Shown here one piece after another: positions 49,265 through 64,000 of a stretch of DNA of 64,000 nucleotides. The DNA comes from Octopus vulgaris (Eukaryota): NCBI GenBank assembly GCA_951406725.2, contig OX597833.1, positions 19,592,001 through 19,656,000 on the forward strand. Direction: 5' to 3'. The notes beneath the pieces were generated by a model that saw only the letters and a program-made list of their open reading frames with translations, had not been told where the DNA came from and ran no database searches. Numbering within the stretch: the first letter of the stretch is position 1; each line of letters begins with the position of its first letter. Position numbers and translations under genes: made by a program.

Positions 49265-52200
49265 TTAAGCTGGGTGCATTTTATTTTCTTTGGGGACCAT
49301 TGACACTTGGAGTTCTCTAAGAATTCTAAAGAGTCCCATCTACTCCTGCCTTGTTGCCATTTGTTCCTGTTGTAAATAAATATTACCCCAGTGTTGAGAT
49401 AGCAGATTATCAGCCTTTAATATAGGGATATGTTAAGCTTCATTTTTCATCTTTTTGTATACTTTTTAAGACTACAGTTGTCTTGTAGCTCCAGTCAGTG
49501 CTGCTGAGGCAGATATTGCAGAAGCCTCCTGCATCAGTTAGCAAACCTTTGCACATTCATGCAACCTACTTGCACTGCCAACCAAAACTCCCTCAGAGCA
49601 TGCCCTGTTGTCTTAAAAAGGAACAAATGTTATTTTGTAGAAGTCACTCCTGAAGCAACATCATAATATCTTCATAAACTGCTGGAGTTCATAGAACCAG
49701 TATTTAGTTTGTATTTCTGTATTGTTAACTCTTTAGCATTCGGATTACTCTGTTAAATGTAATGCATATTTATTCACATCATCATCATCATCGTTTAACC
49801 CGCTTTCCATGCTAGCATGGGTTGGGCGGTTCAACTGGGGTCTGGGAAGCCAGAAGGCTGCACCGGGCCTAGTCTGATCTGGCAGTGTTTCTACAGATGG
49901 ATGCCCTTCCTAACGCCAACCACTCCGTGAGTGTAGTGGGTGCATTTTACGTGCCAGACAAGGCTGGCAAACGGCCACGATTGAATGGTGCTTTTTACGT
50001 GCCACCGGCACGGAGGCCAGACGAGGCTGGCAACGGCCACAATCGGATGGTGCTTTTTACATGCCACCGGCATGGAGGCCAGTCAGGGCAGCGCTGGCAA
50101 CGGCCACATTCGGATGGTGCTGTAGCTTTAAGATTTTGATGTGATTGTTTATTTTTAGAATCAGATTGTAGGATAGGTGTGATAAGCTGGATCTGACCAG
50201 TCTGAACATAGAATAAATTGAATATTTAGGCCAGTTATGGCCAGTTTAACTGCTAACGGGTTAAATGGATGAATCAAATACCTCCTTGATGGTGCATTAG
50301 TTTGTCGTAGGTGAGTCTTTTCAGAAGGCCTGGTGCATGTTCTTTAGCTTAGCTATGAGCTAGGGGCTGAAAACCTTGTCCATTAGACTAATTTTCCTTA
50401 TCCTTGCTGTCCACCTCATAATTGAGCTTCTTCCAGTTTCTGTCAACCAAATCCACTCATAAGGCTTCAGTGGGCTTGGGGCTATAGTTGAAGACACTTA
50501 CCTGAGGTGCCATACAGTGGGATTGAACCTGAGACCACATGGTTAGGAAGCAAACTTCTTAACCACACAGCCACACCTGTACTATTTTTCTATATTCTTC
50601 ATTCCTATCTGTTACTTCGATGTGCCTACCAGATAACTTATTTTGAGTCTATTATTTTTGTTATTCCCCTTTGAAATCTAGAATTGTTGTTTGTAAAACT
50701 GGTACAAATTTTGAAAGCCTGAAAATAGTGTTTGCATAATTTATAGAAAACATTTGACAGGACTTGATACTCTTTTATTTCTTTTACCTGTTTCAGTCAT
50801 TTGACTGCAGCCATGCTGGTGCACTGCCTTTAGTCGAAGAAATCGACCCCAGGATTTATTCTTTGTAAGCCTAGTACTTATTCTATCAGTCTCTTTTGCT
50901 GAACTGCTAAGTTACAGGGACACAAACACACCAACACTGGTTGTCAAGCAGTGTTGGGGGACAAACATGGACATAAAAAAACATATACACATATGTATGT
51001 ACACATGACAGTCTTGCTTGACTTTCCATCTACCAAATTCACTCACAAGACTTTGGTTGGCCCGAGGCTATAGTAAAAGACACTTGCCCAACCCAGAATC
51101 ATGTGGTTGGGAAGCAAACTTAAGGTGCCAGTATCTTCTACTGCCCCAGGCTGATCAATGCCTTGTGACTGAATTTGGTTGGCAGAAACTGCTTATGTCT
51201 TTGTGTTTGTTCTCCATTACCACTGCTTGACCACCAGCGTTTGTTTACATCCCTGAGACCTAGCTGTTCAGCTAAAGAAACCAATAGAATAAGTGCCAGG
51301 ACCAATTTGTACAACTGAAGGCAGTGCCCTAGCATGGCCACAGTACAATGATTAAAATAAGTAAAAGACAAAAAGATAGTGTCATCACAGATTATATTAT
51401 TCAATATGTTCTTTTTCTTTTCAAGCCAATGGGATGTGACCAAGAGAAATTTGACTGCTATTTCTAGAAGTTGAGTGGTCACTTAGGACAGGAATCCTTC
51501 ATGTGCCAATTTTTCTTGCTTGAGATCATATACACCATATGCCAATTATTTACAATTGAGATCAGATATGCCTTACAAGTCTTACAATTCCAGGCAATTC
51601 TTGTATAAAATATAATCCTTTCTACTATAGGCACAAGGCCTGAAATTTGGCGGGAGGGGACTAGTCTATGACACTGACCCCCAATGTTTCACTGGTATTT
51701 AATTTATCGACCCCGAAAAGACGAAAGGCAAAGTCAACCTTGGCAGAATTTGAACTCAGAATATAGTGACGGATGAAATACCGCTAAGCATTTTGTCCAG
51801 CGTGCTAACGATTCTGCCAGCTTGCCGCCTTTCTTGTATAAAATATGATATTAATGCTTTTACCATTTTTTTTCTTTTTACACGTAATTTATTTAATATA
51901 ACAAACATAAATGACTTTGAGACTTTTGAGTCTGTTTTGATTTCCCCAAGCTTTTAATGTTTATAAGTGGCTGTGTGGTTAAGCTTGCTTCCCAACTATG
52001 TGGACTTAGGTCTAGTCCCGCTCTGCAGCACCTTGAGCAAGTGTTTTCTACTTTAGCCCTGGGCCAACCAAAACCTTGTGAGTGGATTTGCTAGATGGAA
52101 ACAGGAAGCTTGTCATATTTCATCATCATTTAATATTTGTTTTCCATGCTGGCATGTGTTGGATAGATGTGTGTGGGTGTATATATATATATAGGACATA

Positions 52201-54229
52201 GTAAGTATGTCTACCTGCTTGAAATAGCAGTCAAAACTCTTATTAAATCGCCAAAAATACACTGATGATAACTACAGAAATCAAATGAAGGCAAAATCAG
52301 GTTAAGACAATCTACTAACATACATCACAATAATTACAATGGATAATAATAGAATTAATGACACCTTCGCAAATTAATTTTTCGTATATATATATGTATA
52401 TATTTGTGTTTGTTCCCCATCACTGCTTGACAACCGTTCTGAGTTTGTTTACATCCCCGAAACTTAGGAGTTTGGCAAAAGAGATCAATAGAATAACTAC
52501 CAGGCTTTAAAAAACATGAGTACTGGTGTTGATTTGTTCGACTAAACCCTTTAAGGTGGTGCTCCGGCATGGCCGCTGCCTGGCTAATGACTGAAATGCG
52601 TACAAGGTAAAGTAAATCAGTTCCTGAGAGCAGTAAAGAATCGGTCAATTGTAAGCCCTCTCTTTGTTTTTTCTATATCGATTTGTTTATGTTGCTCCAA
52701 CATGGCCTCTGTCTAATAACTGAAACCAGTACAAGATATGTTTGTTGTTTTCAAACAATGGATGTTGTAACTTTGGACAAATTTTCTTGGTTCTAAAAAA
52801 TGTTGACAGGGTAATAATAATCAATGATTGTTAGACATTAATCATATCAACAACATACAGAATTGGGGAAAGCTCATCCAATTTCATTTTCAATGAATTT
52901 TGTTTCCTAGTCAGTAACTTCTGTTTTGTAATGTTACTAAGCATTTTCATATTTTCTTTTGTATTATTCACTAAAACTGGTTTATGTCAGTATGCAATCT
53001 TCTTGTTTAGTAAAAAAATCGTGAAAGCGGCTTTGAATATTTTCTGAAACCATAATAGTAAAATGTAATAATAGTAAAGTCAAGTCATGCAGACAACTTT
53101 CAATAGACATGCAATAACCTGATTTTTTTCAGCATTTCCCTTTTTGTTTTTTCACTTCACTGGCATTTCTGTTGTAGCTTTTCTGTCGTCTTTTAACATA
53201 TGTTGTTTCAGAAATGACTTTGGCAATATATTTGGTAAAGGAGATTTAGCTGCCATTTCTAGCATGTTGCATAACTATGTAGAGGCAGCCTTGTCAGTTT
53301 ATCTTTATCTCTTTATCTTTTACTTTGGAGGATTTAATCGAATAAATCAACCCTGGTATTTATTCTATCAGTATTTTTTGCTGAACTACTAAGTTACAGG
53401 GGGCATAAATGAACCCAAATCATTCAAACAGTTTTCAATAGACTTGCAATAACCTGATTTTTTTTTTCCCAGCATTTTTGAAATAAATTGTTATTAATCC
53501 CAGCTCAGTTACTCTGCTTTTTCAAAACTTGTTCAAGTCCATATTCTCTAGCTGAAAGATGAACAGTTTTTAACCCTTTGGCATTTAAACCAACCATATC
53601 CAGCTCAAGATGTTCTACCTGTTTAATGTTCAAACCTGCCACATCTGGCTTTTCACACCTACCCTATAATGTCATTCAAAACATAAACAATCACATCATT
53701 GAAATCTCAAAGCTACAAGATAATGCATGACTAACTCAAAACAATGTGAATAAATAAGCATCATATTTGAGAATAATCTGTTTGTTGGAGGGTTAATATC
53801 GTAGTAAATCTATTGATGTGATTTACTAACTTAGGGAACAATTTTTTTTCTTGTCCTGCAATTTCAAATCTAGATTGCTGCTTATCACCATCGTTTTAAT
53901 GTCCACTTTTCCATGCTTGTATGGGTTGGATAGAGTTTTATTCAGGCAGATTTTCTACATTTGGACATACCTTCCTGTCATCAACCCTCAGCTGTTTTTA
54001 AGCAAGGTAATATTTCCCAATGGCCAGACCATGTTTACACAAAATATTGAGGATGAATGACATTGCTTATATAACTGACGCTCATTCACAATCATCACTC
54101 AATGCCAAGATAAAGACACACACACACACACTCTTAGACGAGTAAAGAATAATCAACCATTCTAACTAATTAATGAGGTCAGCGGGACAAAATGCTTCAC
54201 AGAATCCAGAGAATATTTCACAATGAGCA

Positions 54230-54570
54230 AAGAGCCTTTCCTCAAATATCCTGATATTGCTTGTCTTCTTCCTGACTCCACTTGGGCCACCTCCCATCGC
54301 TATCATGTTTTCCTGGAACACTGCACTACTTCTTTCTTGGTCTTCCTCTCAGCCCTCCTTCTCCTTCTGGCAGCTTCTCCATCACAGTGGTAATATGTGT
54401 CTTTTGTAGTAATCAAAGCACGTGGCCTGTACACCATATCTGCCACTTAGTCACCATGTCCTGTTGACTTTTCATGCTAGCTCTCCTCATTACCTCTTTG
54501 TTTCTCACTTTGTCCCCATAAGAGATGCCCAGAATTGAACAAAGGCAGTGTTGATGGAACAAGTCTAGCA
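54230..54570 (-). mobile_element. RTE-type LINE fragment
   Basis: Minus strand encodes LDLFHQHCLCSILGISYGDKVRNKEVMRRA...GHVL*...RGRPRK. Confidence 0.75.
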
Positions 54571-55929
54571 CATACACCTAATGGGCTTCTTTCAATTTCC
54601 ATCTAACAAATCCACTGGGGCCCTAGTAGAAGACACTTGCACAAGGTGCTACACAGTGGGACCAAACGCCAAACCATGCAGTTTGGAAGCAAACTTCTCA
54701 AGCACATAGCTACATCTACAGTTATATCAAGTGAAAACGGTAAACCAAATAGCCAGCTGTTACCACATAAAAGGGTTCTGTCTTCAAGCAGTTCACTTTT
54801 CTCTTGTAGAAAATTATGAGCAATATTTTTCAGTTTTCAAAAGCTACTCAGAATCTGTGCTAGAAGGCTAGCACCCCTCACTACAGAAGACAGGATCACC
54901 ATACTCCAACTCTAACCTTTTGTAATATTCTCTGGATTCTGTGAAGCATTTTGTTCCATTGATCTCATTGATTAGCCAGAATTAATGATTATTCCTTGCT
55001 GACTACATCTGACCATGAAAAGGTCATTTGTTAATATGGTGCATTGATTAAGAAATTATGGCTTCTGAGAACACATAACATTCTAATAACAAATCAACAG
55101 GATTGATTTAAGAGTTCTGTAAACAGTTTCAAATTCAGATGTTTTATAGACTCATTTAGTTGTACAATTGTTCTTACTGCTCTGTATCTAACATTTCCCT
55201 TTTTTTTTTCACTTCACTGGTGTTTCTGTTGTAGTTTTTCCATTGTCTTTTAACATATGTTGTTTCAGAAATGAGTTTGGCAACATATTTGGTGGAAGAG
55301 ATTTAGCTACTATTTCTATCATGTTGGGTAACTATGTAGAGGCACCCTTGTCGATTTATCTTTATCTCTTACTTATTTCAGTCATTGAACTGTGGCCATG
55401 CTGGGGCACCAATTTGAAGGATTTAATCAAACAAATCAACCCTAGTACTTACTCTCTCAGTATTTTTTGCTGAACTACTAAGTTACAGGGGTCATAAATA
55501 AACCAAAACTGGTTGTCAAGTAGGAAGTGGGGACAAACATAGACTTGCACACACATACACACACACGCATGTACACACATGCATGCGCACACATACACAT
55601 GCATGCATACACACACGTATGCACACACATGATGGGTTTCCATTAAATTTCCATCTACTAAATTCATTTACAAGGTATTGGGCAGCCTGGGGCTATAGAA
55701 GACACTTGCCCAAAGTGCCATGCAGTGGGACTGAAGCAGAAACCATGTGGTTGCAAAGTAAGCGTCTTAACCACACAGCCATGTCTGTATCTGGTCATCC
55801 ATGCCTGTGAAACTTTCTTTGCTTCAAAGGTTCCTACAAGATCTGTTCAAGCAGAGCTAGCTTAACCTTGAGCTTCATTTAATTGATTTAACATCACTAC
55901 CTGGCACTTCATTGCCATCTACTTCTAGA

Positions 55930-56280
55930 GTCTCCTTTATTGCAAGAATTCTCCTGGTGCTTGGTAGATCCGTACTTTGGATCTACCAGGAGAATTCATC
56001 TACGAAGCAATTGCCCCAGCTCCCCTTCAGGATTGGCGAATGCGATGTGGTGGACAGCGAAAAACCTGGCTGATGATAGTCAAGGCTGATCTGGAACCCA
56101 ACCTAGGCCCCCATATCTACGGCGTTTGCTGCTGGAATAAGGAGTGGTTGGAGATCACGCGGTTGTTAGCCTCAAATCGCCAGGCCTGGTCGACATTTGT
56201 GAGAGATGCAGCATTGAGGATGAATGAAGCCAGTTCAACCCAACCCGGGTGAATGCTGTCTCAAGACAAGAAGAAGACTT
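55930..56280 (+). mobile_element. RTE-type LINE 3' end
   Basis: ORF 55977-56252 reads GGQRKTWLMIVKADLE...W...LASNRQAWSTFVRDA...PG*, followed by a short caag(a)-type tail. Confidence 0.75.
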
Positions 56281-58942
56281 TATAGCAAGCATCCAGACCA
56301 GTTCTTCTATCTCTTCCTCCCTTTTACCCAGCAGCCTGTACAAAAGCTCACAGGAACTTCCCCTCTTCCCCTGACTAAAGCTCACAAAAACAAAAAAAAA
56401 AAGAAACAATTTCATTCATTATTAGGTTTTTGTGTTAGTGTTTTGTACTGCAGATGATTCAATCATTGTTGTTTAATTTTTGGTGTTAACACATGACACT
56501 TAATCTTGTCACAATGTATTTCTCTGAAAATTAGTACACACTTACTTCATGTAAGCAGAAAGGTCATTCAACTGTAAAATTGCAGGTGTAAATGACTGTA
56601 TATAACCCATATAAGTATATTTCACATAATGCATTGCCCACATCATGTCCTTTGAAATGATATTATATCCTAAACAGGCATATGTGTAGCTGTGCAGTGA
56701 AGACACTTGCTTCCCAATCATATGGTTTTGAGTTCAGTCCCACTGCGTGGTACCTTGGGCAAGTGTCTTCTGTTGTAGCCCCAGGCCAACCAAAGCCTTG
56801 TAAGTGGACTTGTTATTCTTTTACTTGACACCATATGATTATTACAGATGAGTATCATCATTATCATACAAGTGAAGTTGTTCATTTCCTGTCTTCTGCG
56901 AAGATCATGAAGCTAAGGGAAAATATTACCTTGCTTGAAAACAGGTGAGAGTTGGAGACAGGAAAGGTCTGTAGAAAAAATCTGCCTCAACAAAATCTGT
57001 CCGACTCATGCAAGTGTGGAGAAGTGGATGTTAAATGTTGATGACAATGAGAAAAGTGATAGTAAACCAGGTTGTGATAAAAACCCTGATCATCATCATC
57101 AACATTTAACATTTGTTTTCCATGCTGGCATGGGTTGGACAGCTTGGCAGGAACTCACAAGGTCAGAGGTTGCACCAGGTTCCATAGTCTATTTTGGCTT
57201 GGTTTCTATGGCTGGATGCCTTACTTAATGCCAACCGTTCCACAGGGTGTACTAGATGTTTTTTGTTTTTTTTACGTGGCACCAGTGCCTTTTATGTGAC
57301 ACCTTAGTTTTAAGATCTCAGTTTTGTTGTGGTGGGTGGGTTTTCTCACGTACAGCAATATGCCACATATCTTGCCCCCCTGTCATCCCCTTTGTAAGGT
57401 TCAGCATTTTGAAATTGGTCTTCAATATTTGATAAATTCTTTGCCAAATTTCTGGGAGTTACAGACTTTATAGCCAACCTGTATGTTTTCAGTTAGATAC
57501 GGGCAGGCTGAATAAATGGTTCTTTTAATTTCTGTATTTGATAGCATAAAGAATGCATGGGCATATTAAACACACCCTAATTTCAACTGTGCATATTTAG
57601 GAAAAAAAACGCTTTTAGTGCGTTAAAGCATGTAATATTTGTTTTAAAGTTTGGCACAAGGCCAGCAATCTTGAGGGAGGGGGTAAGTCGATTACATTGA
57701 CCCCAGTGCTTGACTGGTACTTATTTTATCAACCCCAAAAGGATGAAAGACAAAGTTGACCTTGGTGGAATTTAAACTCAGAACTTAAGGATGGATTAGA
57801 CTGGCATGCTAATGGTTCTTTCTGCTCGCCACCTTATTAAAGAATGTAATATTTAAAGCAATCTAGCAGTACCTATAAAACATTACAAAAGTACTTTAGC
57901 TATAGCAGAAAACATTATTTTTTATAAAACGTTAGCATTACAGCTGAACATAAAACAAGAAATCATAATAGTAAAATTAGCCTATAGTAGTGAACATCAG
58001 GACAAAATTAGCTTATGAAAGGCCCAACTTTGCATATAGGACCTGAGGTGACTTTTTTTGAGTACTTTCTTTACTTTTTTCTTTTTGAAAATGTGCATCA
58101 TATGCCATTTCATACATGTGATAGATTTGCCTTTTCTATTTTACTGTTCAGCCTGTTATTGTACTAGCCTCATTTTTTTTCTTGATTGTACTCATCTTTC
58201 ATGTCTGCTCATTTATACACCAGCAGCTCATGTTGCTGACACAGCTGAATTAAGCAGTATTTTCAAAATAGTGATGATTTTTTGGTTATTAATTGATGAG
58301 GGGTTGAGCATATCTATGTCCAGTTTTTCTTGTTTATTCTATGTTCTTTTGCCATCCTTTCATGCCACATTTTATTATATATATATACGTAGTATTGATG
58401 CAAAAGTCTAATGTTCACTCTATTGGCTATTTCCTATAAACTCCCTACCTAGGTGAGGTCATTGAAAATTTTGACATTTGAGTTATTTGACCTTGTGAAT
58501 CACACTATGCATATGGCATTCAGGTGTTGAACTGCAGACCCTATATTCATGTTTCAGTCATTGTATTTTACTCTTTGGTACAGCATGTTTGTTTTGCTAT
58601 TATTATTTCTTGGAACATAGGTTCCACGCCTATTTTGTGGTGAGTAACACTTAGCTATAAGGTTATTTATGTAAAACATCCTAATTTAAATAAAGCATTT
58701 CATTTATGCTATCATGGTAAAACGAATCTTTATTATCTTTTATTTGCTTCAGACATTCAACTGTGGCCATGCTATAGCACCATCTTGAATGGTTTGGTTG
58801 AATGAATCAATCCCACTACTTCTTTTAAAGTTTGGTAAATTACAGACTTATAAACAAATCAATGTCAGTTGTCAGGCAGTGAAGGGGGATACAGAATACA
58901 GATACACACACGTGTGTGTGTATATATATATATATATGTGTG

Positions 58943-58978
<36 letters not shown>

Positions 58979-61602
58979 GGGAGAATTCATGAAAAAACAA
59001 GACGAAGACAGGTGGTGTAGAAAACAAACAGATGTATTAGTATCATGCTCGGGAATTGAAAAGGTCTTTTACGTTTTGAGCCTATGCTCTTCCACTGAAA
59101 GGAACATAGAAAGAAACAAGGAGAGAGAAAAAAATGTGTGTAGTGGCTACCGATCTATCATGGCGACATATATATATATATGTGTGTGTGTGTTTATTTG
59201 ATGGATTTCTACACAGTTTCCATCTACCAAATTCACTCACAAGGCATTGGTACCCCACTATAGTCACAGCCCAGAGACTAAAATGGTTAAAAAATTTGAT
59301 AAAAAAAAGAAAAAAAAGCATGATAGTAAACAGCTGGAATGCAGGTTTGGTAGATCAAGTATAGCCTAAAACTAAACAAATTAAACACTCTAGAATCAAG
59401 TGGGCAACAAAACAGCTGCCTTGGGTTTGAACTTCAGAACTATGATTTGAACTTACCGGTCTATAACCAATGGTATAGTAATAAGAATAGTGTTTGTTTT
59501 CAGTGAGTTCAGTTGAAGCAAACTGTGTAATGTGTGTTGTTTGAAGATTATATCATTGCTCATGTTTGTATTACTGGTTCCTTGGTAACTTACTTACCTA
59601 CTTACTACCTTTGTTGTCCTTGTTTAGCCTTGATTATCCCCTGAATATACAAACTTTTGTGATTGATGACTTTTGAGGCACTATGTATCCTTGACTACCA
59701 CAAGTAGACATTCTCATCAGCTTGACAAGCATCATGGGCATTGACTGGCAGGGGGAGGTGGTGACCCCTGTTGTACTCTTTTGCTCCAACTTTCTCTCTT
59801 TCTTCCTATTTCTTGGGTAATGCTGCAATGGACTGGCGTCCCGTCCAGCTGGGGGGGAACACATATGCCACAGAAACCGGGAAACCAGGCCCATGAGCCT
59901 GGCTAGGCTTGAAAAGGGCACATAAATAAATAAAATGATGTATGTTAACAATCAAGGGTGAAGAACCTATATAATCCGAGATGGTATCCCATTGTCTCAT
60001 AATCTGAGAATTAAGCTGCTCCAAAGTATTGGTTGGATAGATGTAGTAAATCCACATGTGTGTGCCATAATAAAACAATACAAATGACAAAAAATCCAAA
60101 GTATATTCAGTTAATATTAGGTTGGTGGAGTAGTGAGCTGGCAGAATCATTAACAAGCCAAGCAAAATGCTTAGTGGCATTTCATCTGTGTTTGCATTCT
60201 GAGTTCAAATTCCTCCAAGGTCAGCTTTGCCTTTTGAGGTCGATAAAATAAGCACCCGTCAAGCACTGGGGTCAATATAATCAACTTACCCTCCCCTGAA
60301 ATTGCTGGCCTTTTTGCAAAAATTTGAAACCTGTATTAGGTTGGTGCTCATCGTCATCATTTAATGTCCGTCTTCCATGCTAGCATGGGTGGGACAGCAC
60401 CACAAGAGCTGACCAGGCTGAAGCCTGCACCAGATTTCTGTGACAGTTTTGGCAGGATTTATACAGTTGGGCGTCCTTCCTAACACCAACCACTCAACAG
60501 AGAAGTAAAAGTTATTGAGTCAAAAACGAAACACATAAATTTAGCCCACATGTTTTTTTGTTTTTTTTCTGGCTCTCTTCTTCCTTTTTTTTTTAATATC
60601 CTTTCCTCTCTTTTTTGGTACCAGCATTGGCCATGACAATGATTTCACTTGACTTAACAGGCCTTCTCAAGCACAGCGTATCTCCAAAGGTCTTAGTTGC
60701 TCGTCATGATTCTGTTATTTCAAGTGAGGCAGTATTCCCAACCACATGGTTCTAGGTTCCTGTGTGTGGCACCTTGGGCAAGTGTCATCTACTATAACCC
60801 CAGACCAGCCAAAGCCTTTTGAAATCTATTGTGTGTGTATTTATGTATACATGTGTGTGTGTGTGTCTTTGTGTTTGTCCCACCACCACCAATTGACTGT
60901 CAATGTTTTGTTTCTGTCTCTATCCATCCTGTAACATAGCAGTTTGGCAAAAGATCAATAGAATAAGTACCAGGTTTAAAAGAAAAAGGTACTGGGGTCA
61001 ATTTGTTTGACTGAAAGCCCTTGGAGACATTATCCCAGTATGGCTGCAGTCTAATGACTGAAACAAATAAAAGATAAAAGGATTACAAAATTTTTGTTTT
61101 GATACCTTGTATTGTTCCAATCAACAGGTGAAATATTTCACCTGATGCTATTTGACGATGTAGGTATTATAGAACTGTATAATAGCTGTAGAGTGTTAGT
61201 GTATGTGTTAATCCTGCTGTTAAAAGAACTGGTACATTTCAGTCTTTGTGTATCTAGGATCATATTATTTAATGTCCTTCCATTTTAAGACAGTAGAATG
61301 TAATTTGATGGAGATTTGGTTGCCATTTCTAGCTAGACTAGTGACTACTATGATGTTTCTTCAATGATTTGAAAACAGCTGATTTTAATAGATTAGTATC
61401 TTTTATTTCACTTAGTCAATGATTGGTTCGACACTATTAATTCTTCAGCAGTTTATAAGCATCTTGCCTTTTGTCCTTTCAGGATTGATGAAATAAGTAC
61501 CAGGTGAACACTGGGGTCGATGTAATCAAGTAGACCCCTTCCCTAAAATGTCAAAGAGTGCTACTCAGCAGCAAAATACCTGCAACACCCTAAAATGTAG
61601 TA

Positions 61603-61883
61603 CAGGCTGTTCAGGCCAAGTCTGACAGTTTGCATAAAAGCAAAAAACACAATATTCCATCCAAAAATAAAAGTATTTCAAAAAATATTAAAAAAATACC
61701 GACTAGATTATGGCTAGGAGATAACAGTTTACTCAAAATGGCTGTCCTTAGCTTCCACCACTGCCTAAAGATGGTTTTGGAATCTGGTGCATAAGTTCCT
61801 CACCGTGGTCCAGGGAAGATCTTCGAACATCTCTTTGACTTAGGTCACCAGCTTGACCTTGGTTTTGCAGGCAGAGTGGTTTA
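61603..61883 (-). mobile_element. Tc1/mariner-superfamily 3' remnant
   Basis: TA-CAGGCTGTTCA terminus. Minus strand encodes ...VKEMFEDLPWTTVRNLCTRFQNHL*AVVEAKDSHFE, the typical transposase C-terminus (RLEAVVEAxGxHFE). Confidence 0.7.
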
Positions 61884-64000
61884 ATGCATGAGAAATTGAA
61901 GTGTTTGAAGATGGAGACTGTCTCTATAGTGCATCGTTTAAAAGTAAAGGATTGACATCAGCTAGTGGCTTTTGTCAGTTTGAAGTAATTTCCCACTTGA
62001 CATGTATGTGTGAGCCTGATGTAGTGGAAGAGGACCGTTTTGGAGAAGATTTATCTAGTATGTATAGAGTTGGATGCAAAGTGAGCTCGTAGAACCATCA
62101 TGGTTGAGATGTGGAGGGAAGAAAGGTCCTGCAAAATCTGGTAGAGATCCCTTTGGTGAGGAACCAAAAGAATCCACTGCAGTTTGGTAGATGGAAGAGA
62201 TTTAGGGCTGTGTGGTGGGTGCATGGAACCATTTTTTGCTATTCAGATGATGGTGTTACAGGTATTTTGCTGCTGAGTAAGAATTTCCCAGTTTGTAGGG
62301 ATGGGTGATTTTCATTGCCCAGTTTTAGTAGCACTATTTGACACTTGGGTATCTTCAGCAAAGATACTTGGGTATCTTCAGTGAAGCGAATTCTGCTGCA
62401 ACTATATTGTTCAGATTTCTGTCTCCATCTCTCTCTCTCTCTCTCTCCAATCACATTTTGTTTTACGTCAGTATTAGTACATGTTCAAGATGGGCAATCA
62501 GATGGATGGATATTGCCAGTATGGAAGAGTCTGCTATGATTTTTGGCATTTTTGTCTTCTCTCCTGACTAATTTATGTTTTAAAAAATTGGTGAAATAGA
62601 GGAATTGATAAAGTGTGAGACATGATACACCAAGTTCATGTCTTTTCATTCTTCCAAGCATAGTAAAATAATTACCAATCAAGTCCTGAAGTCATTTTAA
62701 TATAAGGCTCTAGCCCTGTCTCAAATTTGTGGTTTGTGCCATTGTTAGAAATTACTATTACAAAGGAACTGCATGCAGAAACATGTGCACAGACACATTC
62801 ATATACACAACCACACAAGCTTCTTTCAGTTTCTACCTACAAAATCCATTCACAAGGCTTTGGTCAGTTGAAGATACTTGTTCTAAGTGCTGCACAGTAG
62901 GACTGAACTTGAGACTTGCATGGTTGGGAAGTAAGCTTCTTGGCCACATAGCCATGCTTATGACTTTTATTTTTATCTGAGGTGGTGGGTGCAAAAACAC
63001 CCTTGAGGTAATTGTTTCAAGGTATATGATTTTCAAAACGTCCTTGAATTCTGATATAAAATAGTTCTTAGCTAACAAAAGCTTTTGGTGTAAAAAATTT
63101 TGTTTAGTCATCTGTTTATGTTAGCATATATTATTTATGTAGTGCTAGTTGTTTTGTTTGTTTCACATATCTCATACTAGATTTTATAGGTCTCCATAAG
63201 AATATTGTGACTGTCTTGTAGCTGTTATAGTATTTGTTGGTTGTAAAAGCAAAATAGTAAAATATATATATAATACAACTTAGATTTGAAAACAAAACAA
63301 AAATAGTGGCAACTATAAGATATTTGAATATTGTGCCATTTCACTTTGGAAAATTTTTTTTTATAACATTATTTACCATATTTAAAGGCACCCCATTTTC
63401 AGCAACATCTATTCAAGGGAAAAAAATGTTTTTATTATATTAGAGCATGTAATATTTAATGCCATCTTGGGTGGTGAGCTGGCAGAACCATTGGCATGCC
63501 ATGCAAAATGCTTAGTGACATTTTATCTGTATTTATGTTCTGAGTTTGAATTCCATAGAGGTTGATTTTGCTTTTCATTCTTTTGGGGTTGATAAAATAA
63601 GTACCAGTTGAGCACTGGGGTCATAGACCCTTCTCTGAAATTGCTGGCCTTGTATCGAAATTTGAAACCAGTATTTAAAGCAATCGCACAGAACATTACA
63701 AAACTTTACAAAAGTACCTTAGCTAGAGCATCAAAATATATATATATATATATATATATATGGAACAACTTTAGCTGATGGGAGACCCAACTTTATATAT
63801 AGGACCCTGGGTGATTTCTTGAGACATTTTGTTTTTGAAAAAGAAATAAAAAATGCATGTAATATTTAAGTCTAGCTCCTCCGAAGTCAACTTTGCCTTT
63901 CATCGTTTCAGGGTTGATAAATTAAGTACCAGTTACATACTGGGGCTGATCTAATTGACTGGCCCCATCCCCCAAATTTTCAGGCCTTGTTCCTAGAGCA

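Noticed and set aside
61890-62340. Possible CR1-like LINE 3' remnant on the minus strand
   Set aside because: Only a vague resemblance after multiple frameshifts; not supportable by eye.

Overview
AT-rich, repeat-saturated eukaryotic (metazoan) DNA. The SINE repertoire, (TA)n/(CAT)n microsatellites and R4/Dong and RTE LINEs point to an octopus/coleoid cephalopod genome; this is an inference, not a database hit. There are no prokaryotic features and no CRISPR array. Two divergently oriented intron-containing genes can be supported from spliced exons that the ORF track misses. (1) CXXC1/Cfp1, minus strand: two PHD-finger exons at 4574-4740 and 1809-1909; its start exon is unresolved. (2) DNM1L/Drp1, plus strand: coding exon 1 at 42399-42500, with no exon 2 found in the remaining ~21.5 kb. 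Nearly everything else is nested mobile DNA: four SINE-like families, mariner/Tc1, hAT, piggyBac-type MITEs, Helitrons, R4/Dong and RTE LINE fragments, Penelope-like remnants and a solo LTR. The most notable observations are: a back-to-back pair of hammerhead-ribozyme-like motifs on opposite strands (32121-32224); a solo LTR carrying NRF1 and ETS motifs about 5 kb upstream of the Drp1 ATG; a 43-bp microhomology-flanked templated insertion matching a hAT element 5.5 kb away; a hairpin-rich minisatellite-carrying retroposon found in (TA)n tracts; and several large nested palindromes. Most long ORFs in the track are repeat artefacts.
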